A DNA stretch of 64,000 nt from Octopus vulgaris (GCA_951406725.2 OX597822.1:25420001-25484000), one strand, 5' to 3'. Counted from the stretch's first letter, positions 28,376 to 43,659 are shown. A program made the numbers and translations. Notes: a model not told the origin generated them from the sequence alone.

Positions 28376-28921
28376 GAAAAGAATAACAATACCTGGGAAT
28401 CAGTTTTAAAATAAGAATTAGTAACAGAATAATTTGTCTGTGCTTGTGTGTTCGTTTTTATGTGTGTGAACATGCCTTTCTGTACAATATCTGTGTGTGA
28501 CTATCGTAAGCAGCGGTTTTTATTAAGAGGAATATTTCTCACAAAACAGTAAGGCGGAGCTGATCTGTTAACAATCTCCACCTTGCTTATTTTGCTATTA
28601 TGCTACCATAAAACATTTGTCTCCGCGTATATAGCTTCTGTTAAACTGAGTGTACGACATGGAAGTAGGCGTGGCTTACTTCACCTTACACACAGACATA
28701 TAGACGTGGATTTAATAATAGTATGTCTTCCTCTGTCTGCTTGCTGGAAATTGAATAAAATCAAAACAAAATAAAAACACCGGAAAAAAACAAAAGGAAA
28801 AGAAAAAGAAAGAATTTAACATGGGCGTTTTATTTTTTACCTGTTTTATAAATTAGATGACGGCCATGCTGGAGCACAGCCATGACAAGTTTTGTCGATG
28901 GCATCACCCTCAGTTCTTATT

Positions 28922-29061
28922 TGGGATCTTTTCGGTTTGAACGGCAGTTTTTTTTAGCGGTGTCATATGAAATTGTCACCCATAATTATGACCCTAGTAT
29001 CGATCTATTGCATTTCAATCTGTTTTAGAGTTAGGGTTAGGGTTAGGGTTGGGGTTAGGGG
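28922..29061. mobile_element. MITE family E, partial end with (TTAGGG)n
   Basis: GGGATCTTTTCGGTTTGAACGGCAG TIR. GTTAGGGTTAGGGTTAGGGTTGGGGTTAGGGG at 29030-29061. Confidence 0.85.
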
Positions 29062-29265
29062 TGTTGTGAGTGTTTACTGAGCGAAAAAACCTAAAGCTCC
29101 ACGACGCTCCGGCAGTGGATGGTGGCGATCCCTGCTATACTCTTTCGCCACAACTTTCTCTCACTTTCTTCTGTTGGCCTGCTCGCTTAGCCTGCAGGAT
29201 GGCGTCATTTGGAGGCTAAAAAAGTGCATTGTGACCAGCGATGTGTAGCAACATTTGATAGCCTG
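29061..29265 (+). mobile_element. SINE family C, headless fragment
   Basis: Matches 30198-30410. Confidence 0.85.
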
Positions 29266-29353
29266 GAGACAGTTGGTGTCTACCCCGTTCCGTGGTATTG
29301 TATTTCACACTGCTATTAGTGCACGACATTAAAGAGATATGTACAGAAACCAC

Positions 29354-29656
29354 GGGATCTTTTCGGTTTGAACGGCAATTTTTTTCTAGCGGTGTCATAT
29401 GAAATTGTCACCCATAATTATGACCCTAGTATCAATCTATTGCATTTCAATCTGTTTTAGGTTTAGGGTTAGGGGTGGGGGATAGGGTATCTTTTTTTCT
29501 TCACAAATGTAAATAAACCCAATCTGTTTCTTAAACGATGGACATATTCATACGGCACAGAATGCTTTTTACCTCAATAGATGTCACTGATTGGTTGAAA
29601 TTGCAGAAATTGAAGAAAAAACAGCGACAAATATCTTACAAACTATAGAATTTTTT
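29354..29656. mobile_element. MITE family E, second partial copy
   Basis: Repeats the 28922 terminus, then continues with family E body. No right TIR. Confidence 0.85.
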
Positions 29657-30012
29657 CCGGTTTCTCTTTCGTCTAACAACTAAGTTACGTAGATATAATC
29701 AATCGAACACTGGTTGTTAAACGATATGGTGGTAATATGGGTTGCAACCTCTGGAATGTAGGAGCGCCATGATCTCAAATGCAAGCAACGGCCCTCAAAA
29801 TTTCCGGTGTTGGCGACCAGTGTGATGGAAGACCATAGGGAGTAAGGCACTCCTTAGCTACAATCTCTAGGAGAAGATCACATTGATATAAAACCAGATA
29901 CGCAGGGAATGGCAGCGATTATGTGTGTGTGAGTGTGTGTGTATAGATATAAATATATTTATATATATATATATATATACACATACATACACACACACAC
30001 ACATATATATAT

Positions 30013-30054
<42 letters not shown>

Positions 30055-30123
30055 GTATTATGTACATGTATGTGCATATATATGTACATATATGTGTATG
30101 TGTGTGCGTGTGTGTGTGTGTGT

Positions 30124-30434
30124 GGAGGCGCAATGGCCCAGTGGTTAGGGCAGTGGACTCGCGGTCGTAGGATCGCGGTTTCGATTCCCAGACCGGGTGT
30201 TGTGAGTGTTTACTGAGCGAAAACACCTAAAGCTCCACGACGCTCCGGCAGTGGATGGTGACGATCTCTGCTGTACTCTTTCGCCGCGACTTTTTCTCAC
30301 ACTTTCTTCTGTTGGCCTGCTCGCTTAGCCTGCGGGATGGCGTCATTTGGAGGCTAAAACAGTGCGAAGTGCATTGTGACCAGCGATGTGTAGCAACATC
30401 TGATAGCCTGGTCGGTCACGGTGATTACGGTGAT
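30124..30434 (+). mobile_element. tRNA-derived SINE family C, full length
   Basis: GGAGGCGCAATGGCCCAGTGGTTAGGGCAG..GGTTTCGATTCCC head and tail GATAGCCTGGTCGGTCACGGTGAT. Copies at 45222 and 49009. Confidence 0.88.
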
Positions 30435-30541
30435 ATATATATATATATGGCGCACGGTCAGCAGTTTTTTGAGGAGTGGGTACATACACCCACCCAAGTG
30501 CTCAATTGGTATTTATTTTATCGACCCCGAAGGATGAAAGG

Positions 30542-31199
30542 CAGTGGCGGCTCATAGCAGCGGGTGTGTTACTTCAGAAAATGTTTAGCCGTTGTTTTAA
30601 TATTGTGTAAAAGGAAACAAACATATAAAAAGAAAATTTATGCATTACCTTGATCGGTTCGCGTTTTATTCACTGCTGTGTAGTGTGTTTAATTTGTTCA
30701 CTGAACCTTACCGCGAATTCCCCCTTGTTTTTAAAAAATTCCCCCAAAATCACAAAATAAGGGTGGGAGAAATGTGCCCTATTTTTCAAATCCTGGCAGC
30801 AACACTGAAGCTGGAAGCAGGATTCTATACTTAATCTGATTGTATACTTAATCACAACATACGCAGAGTTAAAAAGAAACACTACCTTCCACCGGAACAC
30901 TGTTAGTCGGCACTGTCGTTCATGCAGTGCTCTCTCTCCCTCGGACATATGAGCATACGCACAACAGCCAAACACCGCGTCGCTGGAACTTGGAAGCACA
31001 CAGATCCATACAAGGATTTTGGGATTTTTTTCATAAACTGGGAGATGGCTTCTGACCTTAAACTTAAGGATTATATAATGTATAAGTATAAAGAAAGCAT
31101 TAAAGAAAAAAAGATTCATTATATTGAATGTTATCGATAATATCCGGTGGGAATAGAGGGTACTGCAGTTCCGCAGTGCCTCTACACGTGCCGCCAGAG
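30542..31199. mobile_element. hAT-type non-autonomous element splitting a minus-strand family B SINE
   Basis: Termini CAGTGGCGGC../..GCCGCCAGAG with TSD ATGAAAGG/ATGAAAAG. SINE halves at ~30495-30541 and 31200-31290. Confidence 0.7.
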
Positions 31200-31423
31200 A
31201 TGAAAAGTAAAGTCAACCTCGGCTGAATTCGTACACATGACATAAAAACAGAAGCATTGTGCCCGGCGTTCTAAATAATCTGCCAGTTCGATATATATAT
31301 ATATATCTGTGCGTGCGTGTGTGTGAGTGTGTGTGTATGTGTGTGTGTGTGTGTATGTATGTATGTGTGTGTGTGTGTGTATTTGTGTGTGTGTATATGA
31401 ATGTGTATATCTGTGTGTGTTCA

Positions 31424-31643
31424 CGAGTGGGGTGTGCTGAAATTTCCTGGCTTTGGGTAAAAGAAAATACAGGAAGATCAGTTAATTATGATTTTATTCA
31501 ACATACTCCCCTCTCAGATTCACACACTAATTGCATTGGTCGATCAGTTTTTTCTAAACCCTGCAAACGAACTCGGAAATTTAAACCTCCAGCCAGGTCT
31601 TTCGCCACACACCTAAAGCCAGGAACTTTTCAGCACCCGCTCG
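31424..31643. mobile_element. Mariner-type MITE, family G
   Basis: Homologous to 18410-18626, with TIRs. Confidence 0.82.
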
Positions 31644-31647
31644 TGTG

Positions 31648-31675
<28 letters not shown>

Positions 31676-31679
<4 letters not shown>

Positions 31680-31826
31680 GTAAGTAGCTTGCTTACCAAC
31701 CACATGGTTCCGGGTTCATTCCTACTGCGTGGCACCTAGGGCAAATGTCTTCTACTATAGCCTCGGGCCGACCAAAGCCTTGTGAGTGGATTTGGTAGAC
31801 GGAAACTGAAAGAAGCCCGTCGTATA
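31676..31826 (+). mobile_element. SINE family A, 5' half
   Basis: The 3' half appears at 33165-33395 after ~1.3 kb of insertions into its internal (TA)n. Confidence 0.8.
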
Positions 31827-31827
31827 T

Positions 31828-32908
<1,081 letters not shown>

Positions 32909-33042
32909 AAATATACAAGATAAGGGCAGAAGAAAATTTTTAATGCCAAATATGCCGAAACAAAAAATTGTCGATAAGGCAGTTTTTGATATGCTGGCCA
33001 TTGATAAAATATTTTTCGGGAAAAAAATTTTATCCTATATTT

Positions 33043-33107
<65 letters not shown>

Positions 33108-33164
33108 AAATATAAATATAAATATAAATAAATAAATAAATAAATATATATATATATATGTATG

Positions 33165-33395
33165 TGTGTGCGTATATGTTTGTGTGTCTGTGCTTGTCCC
33201 CCAACATCACTTGACAACCGATGGTGGTGTGTTTACGTCCGAGTAACTTAGCGGTTCGGCAAAAGATGCTGATAGAATAAATACTAGGCTTACAAAGAAT
33301 AAGTCATGGGGTCGATTTGCTCAACTAAAGGCAGTACTCCAGCATGGCCGCAGTCAAATGACTGAAACAAGTAAAAGAGAAAAAGAATAAAGAAA
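33165..33395 (+). mobile_element. SINE family A, 3' half
   Basis: Matches 2775-2990. Confidence 0.82.
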
Positions 33396-33512
33396 GTAAC
33401 GAGTAATATCTATCTATCTATCAATCTATCTATCTATCTATCAATCTATCTATCTATCTATCAATCTATCAATCTATCTATCTATCTATCTATCTATCTA
33501 TATACCTATCGA

Positions 33513-33558
<46 letters not shown>

Positions 33559-33893
33559 CATATACATGTATGCACACACACACACACACACACGCGAATG
33601 TGTGTCTGCGTACTTCTTTCTATCTGTCTGTATTTCTCTACGCTACAAGAAAACCTGTGGTGGTTTATCTACATTCCTGTAACTTAATGACAGGCGTTTG
33701 GGGGTCGGGCGTTGAAGGCGGGAGGATAATGGAATAAGTTACAGTCATAAAGTCGCTGTGAATAAGTGGCCACATGGATTTCTCCCAAAGTGTATTCGAC
33801 AGCTTGATTCAACGATGGCGTAAATGCATGATTGTTATGGAGAGTACATCCAGTAGTACCTTTGTATAGTTAGTTACTCTGCCAACATGAACA

Positions 33894-34188
33894 AGGGCGG
33901 CGAGCTGGCAGAAACGTTAGCACACCGGGAGAAATGCTTAGCGGTATTTCGTCTGCCGTTACGTTCTGAGTTCAAATTCGGCCTAGGTCGACTTTGCCTT
34001 TCATTCTTTCGGGGTCGATTAAATAAGTACTAGTTACGCACTGGGGTCGATGTAATCGACTTAATGCCTTTGTCTATATTCGTTTGTCCCCTCTTATGTT
34101 TAGCCACTTGTGGGCAATAAACAAATAAGAAACGTTAGTACACCAGGAAAAATGCTTAGCGTTATTTCGTCTGTCTTTACGTTCTGAC
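33894..34188 (+). mobile_element. SINE family B, with start of a second unit
   Basis: GGCGGCGAGCTGGCAGAAACGTTAGC..GAGTTCAAATTC..GTCGACTTTGCCTTTCATTCTTTCGGGGTCG. Confidence 0.85.
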
Positions 34189-35040
34189 TCGAGAAAGAGC
34201 TTTACCTATTTTTGCTTCCAGTTGATTCTGGCGCAGAGTAAACTTGTCAAGGTTCCAGTTTATGAGTCACGACAGATGGTTTTGTGGTAGAAGCATGCAA
34301 GAGTTAAAGGAAGATTGACACTTATAGACGCAGGAACACTAGTGGGGGACATACTCAGACGTCATGTAATCAGTATCCCTTCTTAAGTGTTTTATACGTT
34401 CTATCTTTCAAGCAAGTAGCATCTCAAATGTAAGCTCAGAAGAAAAGGCGACTAGCAGAACAAACTATCAATAAACCGACAGGAAGCAAATCTTGGATCT
34501 TCAGACTTGGGCATAAAAGGCTACGGTCGCTGACACCTGGGAAAAAACAAAAGAAAGTTAGTGGCGTTGTAGAAAGAAGGAAAGTGGTTACCATATAGGT
34601 TTTGTCTCTCCGTTGATATAAGACAGGTGTTCGTTACTTAGTTCTAAGCAGACTAAAAACTAATAAGAACGATCTCCACCCGCAGAGACATAAAGCCTGT
34701 AGTGTATATACAGTTTATATTCTACAACGAATTTGAAATTGAATGTTTATTAAAAATGCCATATCTTACAATGCAGTTTTACTTTATGACCCCACAAGTA
34801 TGCTTTAGTGGCTGTGATCACCTTTGACTATTCCCCTAAAAGACACAAATGAGGGTCGTCATATGACTTTATGATTACGGCTCACTAATTGGTAAACGCA
34901 GTTGTCTGCAACCTTAAGCGCAAAATCAAGTGGTCGTACGCTTTTGAGTCTTCCATGGGTATAGTCAAACGAAATCGTTCCCCCTAAAGTGTACTCGCAA
35001 ATGCAAAGGGTTAAGTGATTATAAAAAAAAACACTATGTA

Positions 35041-35256
35041 CGAAGGGGTGCTGAAAAGTTCATAGTTTGGGGTAAAAGAAAGTGCAGGAGAATCAGTTAA
35101 TTATGATTTTATTCAACATACTCACCTCTCAGATTCACTCACTAATTGCAGTGGTCCTTCAGTTTTCCTAAGCCCTGAAAATGAACTCGGAAAGTTAGGC
35201 TTCCAACCAGGACTTTCTAGTTATCCTTCAAGCCAAGAACTTTTCAACATCCCCTC
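35041..35256. mobile_element. Mariner-type MITE, family G
   Basis: TA|CGAAGGGGTGCTGAAAAGTTC..GAACTTTTCAACATCCCCTC. Confidence 0.8.
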
Positions 35257-36227
35257 AAAGTGCACAACAAATTAAATTATAATAAGTTACACTACATTTT
35301 CCAATGTATCCTTGGATTCTTTTTCTTTTTTTGATACAGTAGGGTTTGGCTTGTGTATATCTTTCACACGTATTCAGCGGCGAGAAAATCAAATAACCGG
35401 TGCTTTCGAGTGGAAATACAATATTGCATTTTTCGGCACCGAATTGAACAGACAATCTAATATCACATTCGCTTTCAGAAATGCGGTGAACTGGAGATTA
35501 CTGGCTGGTTGGAAATAAGGAAGAACCGACGCTATAGTTCACCAAATGATGTGTAAAATAAATCTATGATGCAATATAGGAATATAAACTGATTCGATCA
35601 CTTAACTGGAAATCTTTTTATCGACCGCGAAAGAATGAATAGTAAATTTGTCCCTGCTGGGATTTGAACACGGGCTAAATAACGCACGATATACATTATA
35701 ACCAAAAGCCGAAATAATTCTGTCGGTTCACCTGTCACCTCACTTCGAGCGGTCTCGAGCTCCTTCGATATACAATTCATCGTCGCCTTGTCTCATATAT
35801 CCATGCGCGCCTGTTCGATTATTTTTAAGACCACATGCCGTGGTGTGGCGCCTTGTCATAAACGGATACAAAACACTTTAAGAAAGCTAAAATCTTTTAT
35901 CGTTCTTTGTGTCATTCTCCCTCACTCACACTGTTCATATCACGCATATTTTTACATAATCACATTTATATGAGCCTTCGTGCTTCTAGCTGAGTTTATG
36001 AGCATACGTCTATGTATGTGTGAGTTTATGCATAGGATGTGTATGTATGGATGTATGTATATATGCATGTGTGTATGCTTGTATGCATGTATGTATGCAT
36101 GGGATATATGTATATATGCATGGCATGTATGCATGTTTGTGTTTCTGTGTGGCTTCTGTTATACTCCAATCCTAAATTTATAAATTAATACGGTTTGTTT
36201 TACTTAACATATACATACATACATACT

Positions 36228-36302
<75 letters not shown>

Positions 36303-36311
36303 TTATATCTA

Positions 36312-36369
<58 letters not shown>

Positions 36370-36496
36370 CATACATACATATATACATATATAAATATAC
36401 ACACACATATACATACTACAAACATACAAGCATATACATATATATATACATATACATACATATATACATACACACACGCACACACACGCATAAACG

Positions 36497-36557
<61 letters not shown>

Positions 36558-36869
36558 TTCTACATGCAAGGAATTTGAATAAGCAGGAGATATATAGATC
36601 TCAAAACCGTATATCTGGTAGTCTTTAATAATTTCAGTATAATAATGTGTTACAACTTCGGTCATTTTCTTGTTAATGGCTTATGAATTATAACAAAACA
36701 AATTTGAACACTGAATAGTGGTACACTTCCTTGCCCTCCTTTATAATACAGATCGCTGTCAGACCTAAGCAAATATGCATACATACATACATACATACAT
36801 ACATACATACATACATACATACATACATACATACATACATACATACATACATACATAAATACATATATA

Positions 36870-37211
36870 CAGTGGCGGACAGGCCAGATTGCCACCTTAC
36901 CCGATGGCAAGTGGGCCCCTGCTCCATTAGAATCCATATATGGAGGCCCATGTTAGTATCTAAGGGGCCCATGTTAGTATCTAAGGGGCCCATCACCTCA
37001 AGTTTGAGAATTTTTATTCATTCCTGGAAAGAATGCATTTATTAGTTGTGTTTGTAGACAGTTGAAAAGAATGCTTTAGAAAAAAATTAAATTATATAGC
37101 CTTGTAGTTGCGGGTGGGCCTCCTTGTAGTTGCGGGTGGACCTCCTTGTAGTTGCGGGTGGGGCCCCTTAGTCTCCTGGCAACCAATATCTTTAGAAGGA
37201 ATCCGCCACTG
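36870..37211. mobile_element. hAT-type MITE inserted in (CATA)n
   Basis: 10-bp perfect TIRs CAGTGGCGGA/TCCGCCACTG. Subterminal tandem 21-mers (GGCCCATGTTAGTATCTAAGG x2, CCTTGTAGTTGCGGGTGG x3). Confidence 0.82.
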
Positions 37212-37289
37212 CATACACCCCCCCACACACACATATATACATACATACATACATACATACATACATAAATACATACATACATACGTACG

Positions 37290-37323
<34 letters not shown>

Positions 37324-38235
37324 CATACATACATACATACATACATACATACATACATGCATACATACATACATACATACATACGTACATGTATACGTGC
37401 ATGCATATTGTTAGAAACTGAAACCTCTCCGGTTGTTCCTTTGTGTTTCACATTGCTGATTATTCAATGATTGAATTAGTAAGTTGCGTGACAATATATA
37501 AGCAAACATATTTGTTTGCACATCATTAAAACTTTTGTCACAATTGCTATATGCATAATCCAAAAATCACATGGTATTTTCGTGTCTTAAATCTAACAAA
37601 CGTAGTCACATTGTATAGAAACCTCTCCGTCGAGCCATAGCCAACAGAAATGAAGCCGTACTACACTGCCTTGGATTCTTAGGCCGTGTACCCAACTCTT
37701 GCCTTTATCGCAGTATCCTCTACAGCAACTTACACCATACCAACATATAACCGAAAGACTGAAGAAGCTGTTCAAAGATTATGTGAAGACTTTTTTTGTA
37801 AAATGTCTTCAGTGGAACAATTCAAGGTCCTGTTCCATCTCCGGAATTCGGATAAGAGCAATTATAATTGTTAGATATTGAAGTTTAAGTAAGTTTTGTA
37901 TATTTTCACTCTTCCACTTATAAATCATATCCATAAAGTTTATGTATGTTTGTATGTACTTACATACGTATGTATGCATGTATGTATGTATGTGTGCATG
38001 TTTGTATGTATGTTTGCATACATGTATGTATGTATGTGTGTAGAGTCAACAGATGGCATCCAGAGATTCTCAGTATAGAAAACACTTGGTAGCGCTCAAG
38101 TGATTTGAACTTACACTCCGAAATCTTTACCGAGGATTAAGTCCAGGGAATAAAGAGTAGCTATAAGAGGAATTCAGGTGAGCTGATATGGAAGTAATGA
38201 TGCAAATAAACAAATAAAACTACCTGGGCTCTCTC

Positions 38236-38274
<39 letters not shown>

Positions 38275-38390
38275 TCCTTATCTTTTATTAAACTTTTAAT
38301 ACTTTTGATATTTATAAAAATAATATTAAAAAAATAAATAAATAAATAAATAAATAAAATAAAATAATATATAAATATAAAAATACATAC

Positions 38391-38441
<51 letters not shown>

Positions 38442-38575
38442 AAATTTATAAGTTTAAATTATTTAAATAATTTTTTAATTTTTAACTTTTATATTTTTAA
38501 TTTAATTTTATGTATTGGTTTATATTTTTCATTGTTTGATTTGCCTAATAGTGGTTTTATCTCTAATTTAATATA

Positions 38576-38607
<32 letters not shown>

Positions 38608-40439
38608 ATACACACATACATACAAATATTTATAATTACATACATCTACATAAGGAGAACAAAAGCTGAAAATATGCAGACGATGAATATGCATGCATAA
38701 ATATATATATATTTATATATTAACACAGCAAACATACACAGAGTACAAAAACAGAGAGAATTAATAGGAGAAGGCAGGGTGTTACTGGTACGACACCTGT
38801 TTCTGGGAGCTCAGAATCACTTCATAATTTTGGCTGATGTAGTTCCCTAAAACTCAAGGGCATGGAACCATTCGTGGAAAAATATCTGTAGACCTTCTTC
38901 TTGTAGAAACATATATTTATGCATATATGTTTCTATGTATGTATAAATATTTTCACTTCAAAATTAGGGTTTTAGAGTTAACATTGATCGACCAACTGTT
39001 CGGTGGAAAAGTTATAAATAGGAAATTCTTAAAATCTTCCGTTGGTGCATCCCAAGTGATGTTTCTTTACAAATAACTTACGTTTAGTAGTATTGGAACA
39101 AGTATCCTCCCATGTAATTTCCTGCCAACGTCGACTGAGTTGTCACATCAGGTTACTCAGTCTGCTGTTGGCAAAGGGAGTGCGTATACGTACAGTAAGT
39201 GCATCTCGGGGTGTATCAAACTCCTCCGAATTTTTCTTATAGGTAATTTTTCTAAAGCATATGTTTCCATCATTATCTTATCTGTGTGTCCTAAGGTTCA
39301 GTTGTGGTATACACAACATAACATTCATTTGTGTTGTTCCGGTTTTTATAATGCGTAATTATAATGACTTTGGAGGAATTACCTCCAAAGCTCTGTCGTT
39401 AAAGTTCTCAACAAAGATGCACATTGTGCCCCAGATCAAAAGATCGAAAATCAAAGAATAGCTGTCAGAAGTGTTCGAAAACAATCATTCATTCATGGTT
39501 TGTGTTCACTACTATGGTGAGGGCGATGAGGACGAGAAAGCAAGCAGTGACAAGCACAGTAAACACCAAATGGTTTATCAAATAAAATGTCTGCTCTTTT
39601 TGTTTGCCTGCCTGAATAGTTTTTCATTTCTTTTTCAATCGTGCAATACATGAAATTTTCTTTCTGTAAGATTAAAATGTCCTTTGAGAAATATATTGTG
39701 CAGAAATTTGATAAATAAGTACCAGGCTTGGCAAAACATTAAGTACTAGGTTTCATTCATTTGACTACAGGTCATTTCTCTTGCCCCAGACTTTTCTGGA
39801 CTAGACGTTCAGCAGGCTGGATATCATTTCTGTCGGCTCCCGACATTTTTCTTCTACTATTTTCTTGTCTTCTAATTATTCTATTTCCAGGAAAAGATTT
39901 CTCCCAATTCGTCTTGGCCCAACGGCCCTTAATGCTTGTCTTCGTCGATTGTTTACTCTGTACGTCCACTCTGTCGTTTGTTCGTTCGAAGCCCTAACTC
40001 TGGATGATGCTGTCTTTTGAAGTTTTCTTATCTTGCCGTTAAAAGCACAAAATAGTAGTAATAAACAGTCCGACAACTGATGTGGAGTTATCTTCTTTCG
40101 GAATTTTGACCTGCACACACTGGATGTTTGGACCAAATTTGACGATATTCATTCTCTCTGGAAGAGCATAATATATTGATGAACAATCGATGGCTTTGGA
40201 CAGAAGATAAATTAGTTGAGAAAAAGCTGACACGGAGGAGTGGAAACCATCTGAATATTGGAAAATAATTGCATATAGCATGATGATTCACACAAGGTAC
40301 GATATCATAACTCCTGTTCAATGCCCTGTGAACACTGTAAATGCTGTAAGATGTAAGATGGATAATTGCACCAGAGATTATGAAGCTATGTCCAGCAGAA
40401 AGAGACACAGTAAGCGTTCTGGCTATATCGGCATATCAG

Positions 40440-40900
40440 AGTTCATTACCGCATCTTTGAACGAAGACCTAGACTCAATTCAGAGGACTATGTGAAGCTA
40501 CTATAGACTGTGGTCAATTCCTGGTCGGAGAGGATTACTGCTAGATGGCCATATGGCAGAAAGATTTGGCTCCTTGCCGTACTTCCGGAAAAAGTCGGAT
40601 GTGGTTGTCGGAGAATTTCTATGGCTTCACCAGCCTCAATTTTTGTCCATCTAATTCCGCCGACTGGGATCCCATGGATTATTATACGTGGGAGTCGGAT
40701 GAGAAAGACACGAGGCATTCTGCCTGGAATGCCAAGGCCAAGCTGGTGACCAATTCCAGCGAGCTGTTCAAAGATCTTTCCAGGGACAAAATGACGAATG
40801 CATGCGCTAGATACCGGAGGCGTCACGAGGCCGCGGTGGAAGGTGAGGGCGCTCTCTCTTATTAAAGTGTTATCTCCAAGCCATAATCTAGATGATACTT
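40440..40900 (+). mobile_element. Tc1/mariner (maT/DD37D-like) transposase C-terminal remnant
   Basis: WQKDLAPCRTS..WLSENF..PSNSADWDPMDYYTW..ACARYRRRHEAAVEGEG, a decayed form of QQDSAP-H / WPPNSPDLNPLDY-W. Confidence 0.8.
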
Positions 40901-41092
40901 TGTGTTATTTTTAAAAATACTTCTGGTTGTGGATGAGGTATTGTTTACTTTTCTTTTATGCAAACTGTCAAATTTATGTATGTATTTCCTATCAGTACTG
41001 TTTGGTTCTTTCAATATGTACTTACAATTACACACACACACACACACGTACATACATTCATACATACACACACACACACATGTACATATATT

Positions 41093-41176
<84 letters not shown>

Positions 41177-41186
41177 CATGCATATA

Positions 41187-41345
41187 GACACAGGAATGAC
41201 TGTGTGGTAAGTAGCGTGCTCACGATTCGAATGGTTTCGGGTTCAGTCCCACTATTTGGCATCTTGGGCAAGTGTCTTCTACAGTCTCGGGCTGACCAAA
41301 GCCTTCTGAATGGATTTAGTAGACGGAAACTGAAAGAAGCTCGTC

Positions 41346-41346
<1 letters not shown>
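41187..41346 (+). mobile_element. SINE family A, 5' half
   Basis: Matches 2593-2756. Confidence 0.8.
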
Positions 41347-41377
<31 letters not shown>

Positions 41378-41435
41378 ATGTGTGGGTGGGTGTATGTGTG
41401 TATTTATATGTGTGTGTGTGTGTGCTTGTATGTAT

Positions 41436-41490
<55 letters not shown>

Positions 41491-41692
41491 TATATATACT
41501 TACAAACATACATATCTATATATACACACACACACGCGCGCACGTTTTTAACCCTCGGCAACGGAGTAATGGGTCACCGGTGAAGAATGAAGATTAATCA
41601 AATCTGAAATAATCATTGATATGGCTCCATCTCACTTGCCGTAGGGGGCTTAGCACCATTGTCAGTCGTTAGCACGTGGCTTTAGTGTCGAC

Positions 41693-41704
41693 TATGTATG
41701 CATG

Positions 41705-41738
<34 letters not shown>

Positions 41739-41947
41739 TGTATGTATGTATGTATGTATGTATGTATGTATGCATATATATATGTATGTATGTATGTATG
41801 CATGTATGTATGCATATATGTATGTATGTATGTATGTATGCATATATGTATACATGTATGCATATATGCATGTATGTATGCATATATGTATGTATGTATG
41901 TATGTATGTATATATATATATGTATGTATGTATGCATGTATGTATGC

Positions 41948-41980
<33 letters not shown>

Positions 41981-42166
41981 TGTATGTATGTATGTATGTA
42001 TGTATGCATGTATGTATGCATATATGTATGTATGTATGTATGAATGTATGTATGTATATATGTATGTAAGTATGTATGAATGTATGAATGTATGAATGTA
42101 AGTATGTATAAATGCATGTATGTATGTATGCATGTATGTACGTATATATGCATGTATAGTATGTTA

Positions 42167-42201
<35 letters not shown>

Positions 42202-42210
42202 AGTATGTAT
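41693..42210. repeat. Long interrupted (TATG)n microsatellite
   Basis: Seen directly. Confidence 0.95.
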
Positions 42211-42966
42211 TTATATATTACTCATGCACAGAAGACATACACACGGAGGTGCTCCAGCATGGCCGCAGTTAAATGACTGAAGCAAAAGAATATATATATA
42301 TATATACATATATATATGCGTGTCTGTTTGTCTGTGTACCCACACGTATAAATCTACCCACGTATACACATGCGCGCAAAAACGAATATACGTACATGTA
42401 TATGACGTCAATATTTTGGAATTTAAAGAAAGCTTACGTTTCATACACGGGTGTATATATATTTCTATAGACTCAAAATCAAAACTGATTACGCAATCGG
42501 ATCAGTAACTCGGCTTTTACGAGCATTTCGTCGAAACACCTCGTACTGGCGTTCTAGTCTCGCGTGACGCCTGAGATTTGCGAAATCTCAAAACTGTACT
42601 CATGAACTATGCAAGATTTTAACTTCCATAGTATGTCATGAAAATCAAATTTTTACATAATCTGCAGGAAATATGTACATAAATACAGATTCATAGATTC
42701 ATGGATAAAGTTATTGATTCGCTTGTATGGAAACATTGTAAGCCCGTATGTGTATATGCAAGTAAATGAACGAAAAAAAATATATAAAAAGACAACCTGG
42801 ACGGACAAGTTTTAAGAAATATTGTATTATGTATGTATGTATGTATGTATGTATGTATGTATGTATATATATGTATATATATATATATGATAACAATTTA
42901 ATAAATAAAACATATGCATACATACATACAAATATGTACATACCTACATCTATATGTATATATACA

Positions 42967-43018
<52 letters not shown>

Positions 43019-43191
43019 TACAGGACACCACAAATAAACGTAGAACACAACGAGAAACGAAAACATAAAATCAAACAAGAAAACGGACTTTTTTTAACAA
43101 CGAAAAAACAGAGTACAAGACAAACAATACAAGGAATATTCCCCTTCATCAGCTGTCCCTGTTTCGACTCAATGCGTGTTTGAAGGTACAT

Positions 43192-43251
<60 letters not shown>

Positions 43252-43255
<4 letters not shown>

Positions 43256-43627
43256 CAGTATCGCCCGGCGTTGCTCGGGTTTGTTTCGACCCGCTGGAAT
43301 TGGAATTTTTGAAAAGTAAAAATTTTGCATTATGTAGCTTGTTATTCTCTTCAAGTGAACATTTTTCTGGTTGAAATACACCGAAAAGTGGCGATGTAAA
43401 AAATAGGGATTTTCATAGAAAAAAGTACCTTTTTGATGTAAATAATTTTTGGTGTTAATATGGTCCGATTTGAATTTTATCTTCTACGGAAGGAAGAGCA
43501 ACCCTTCTTCTATCATACTCTCAATTTTGGTCAACTTGCGCTGCAGGGTCTCGGAGGAGATAGTGTTAGTTGAAGGTTACCAAACCTGGCGCATACAGAC
43601 AACTTCAGCTTTATATATAGAGAGAGA
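43252..43627 (-). mobile_element. Non-autonomous Helitron
   Basis: Reverse complement of 61601-61989, with hairpin CCCGAGCAACGCCGGG near the 3' end. Confidence 0.82.
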
Positions 43628-43659
43628 TAACACACACACACTCACACACACAGAGACAG

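Noticed and set aside
27821-28473. RE-rich and SL-rich ORFs
   Set aside because: Products of the GA minisatellite.
29030-29061. True telomere or fusion site
   Set aside because: Only ~5 units, internal to a MITE.
39772-40408. Overlapping minus-strand ORFs, including neuropeptide-looking RRR-QALRAVGPRRI-GR
   Set aside because: Short ORFs in different frames with no convincing splice sites or signal peptide; compatible with chance.
43130-43190. Minus-strand CTGATGA plus hairpin
   Set aside because: No GAAA after helix II; incomplete hammerhead.
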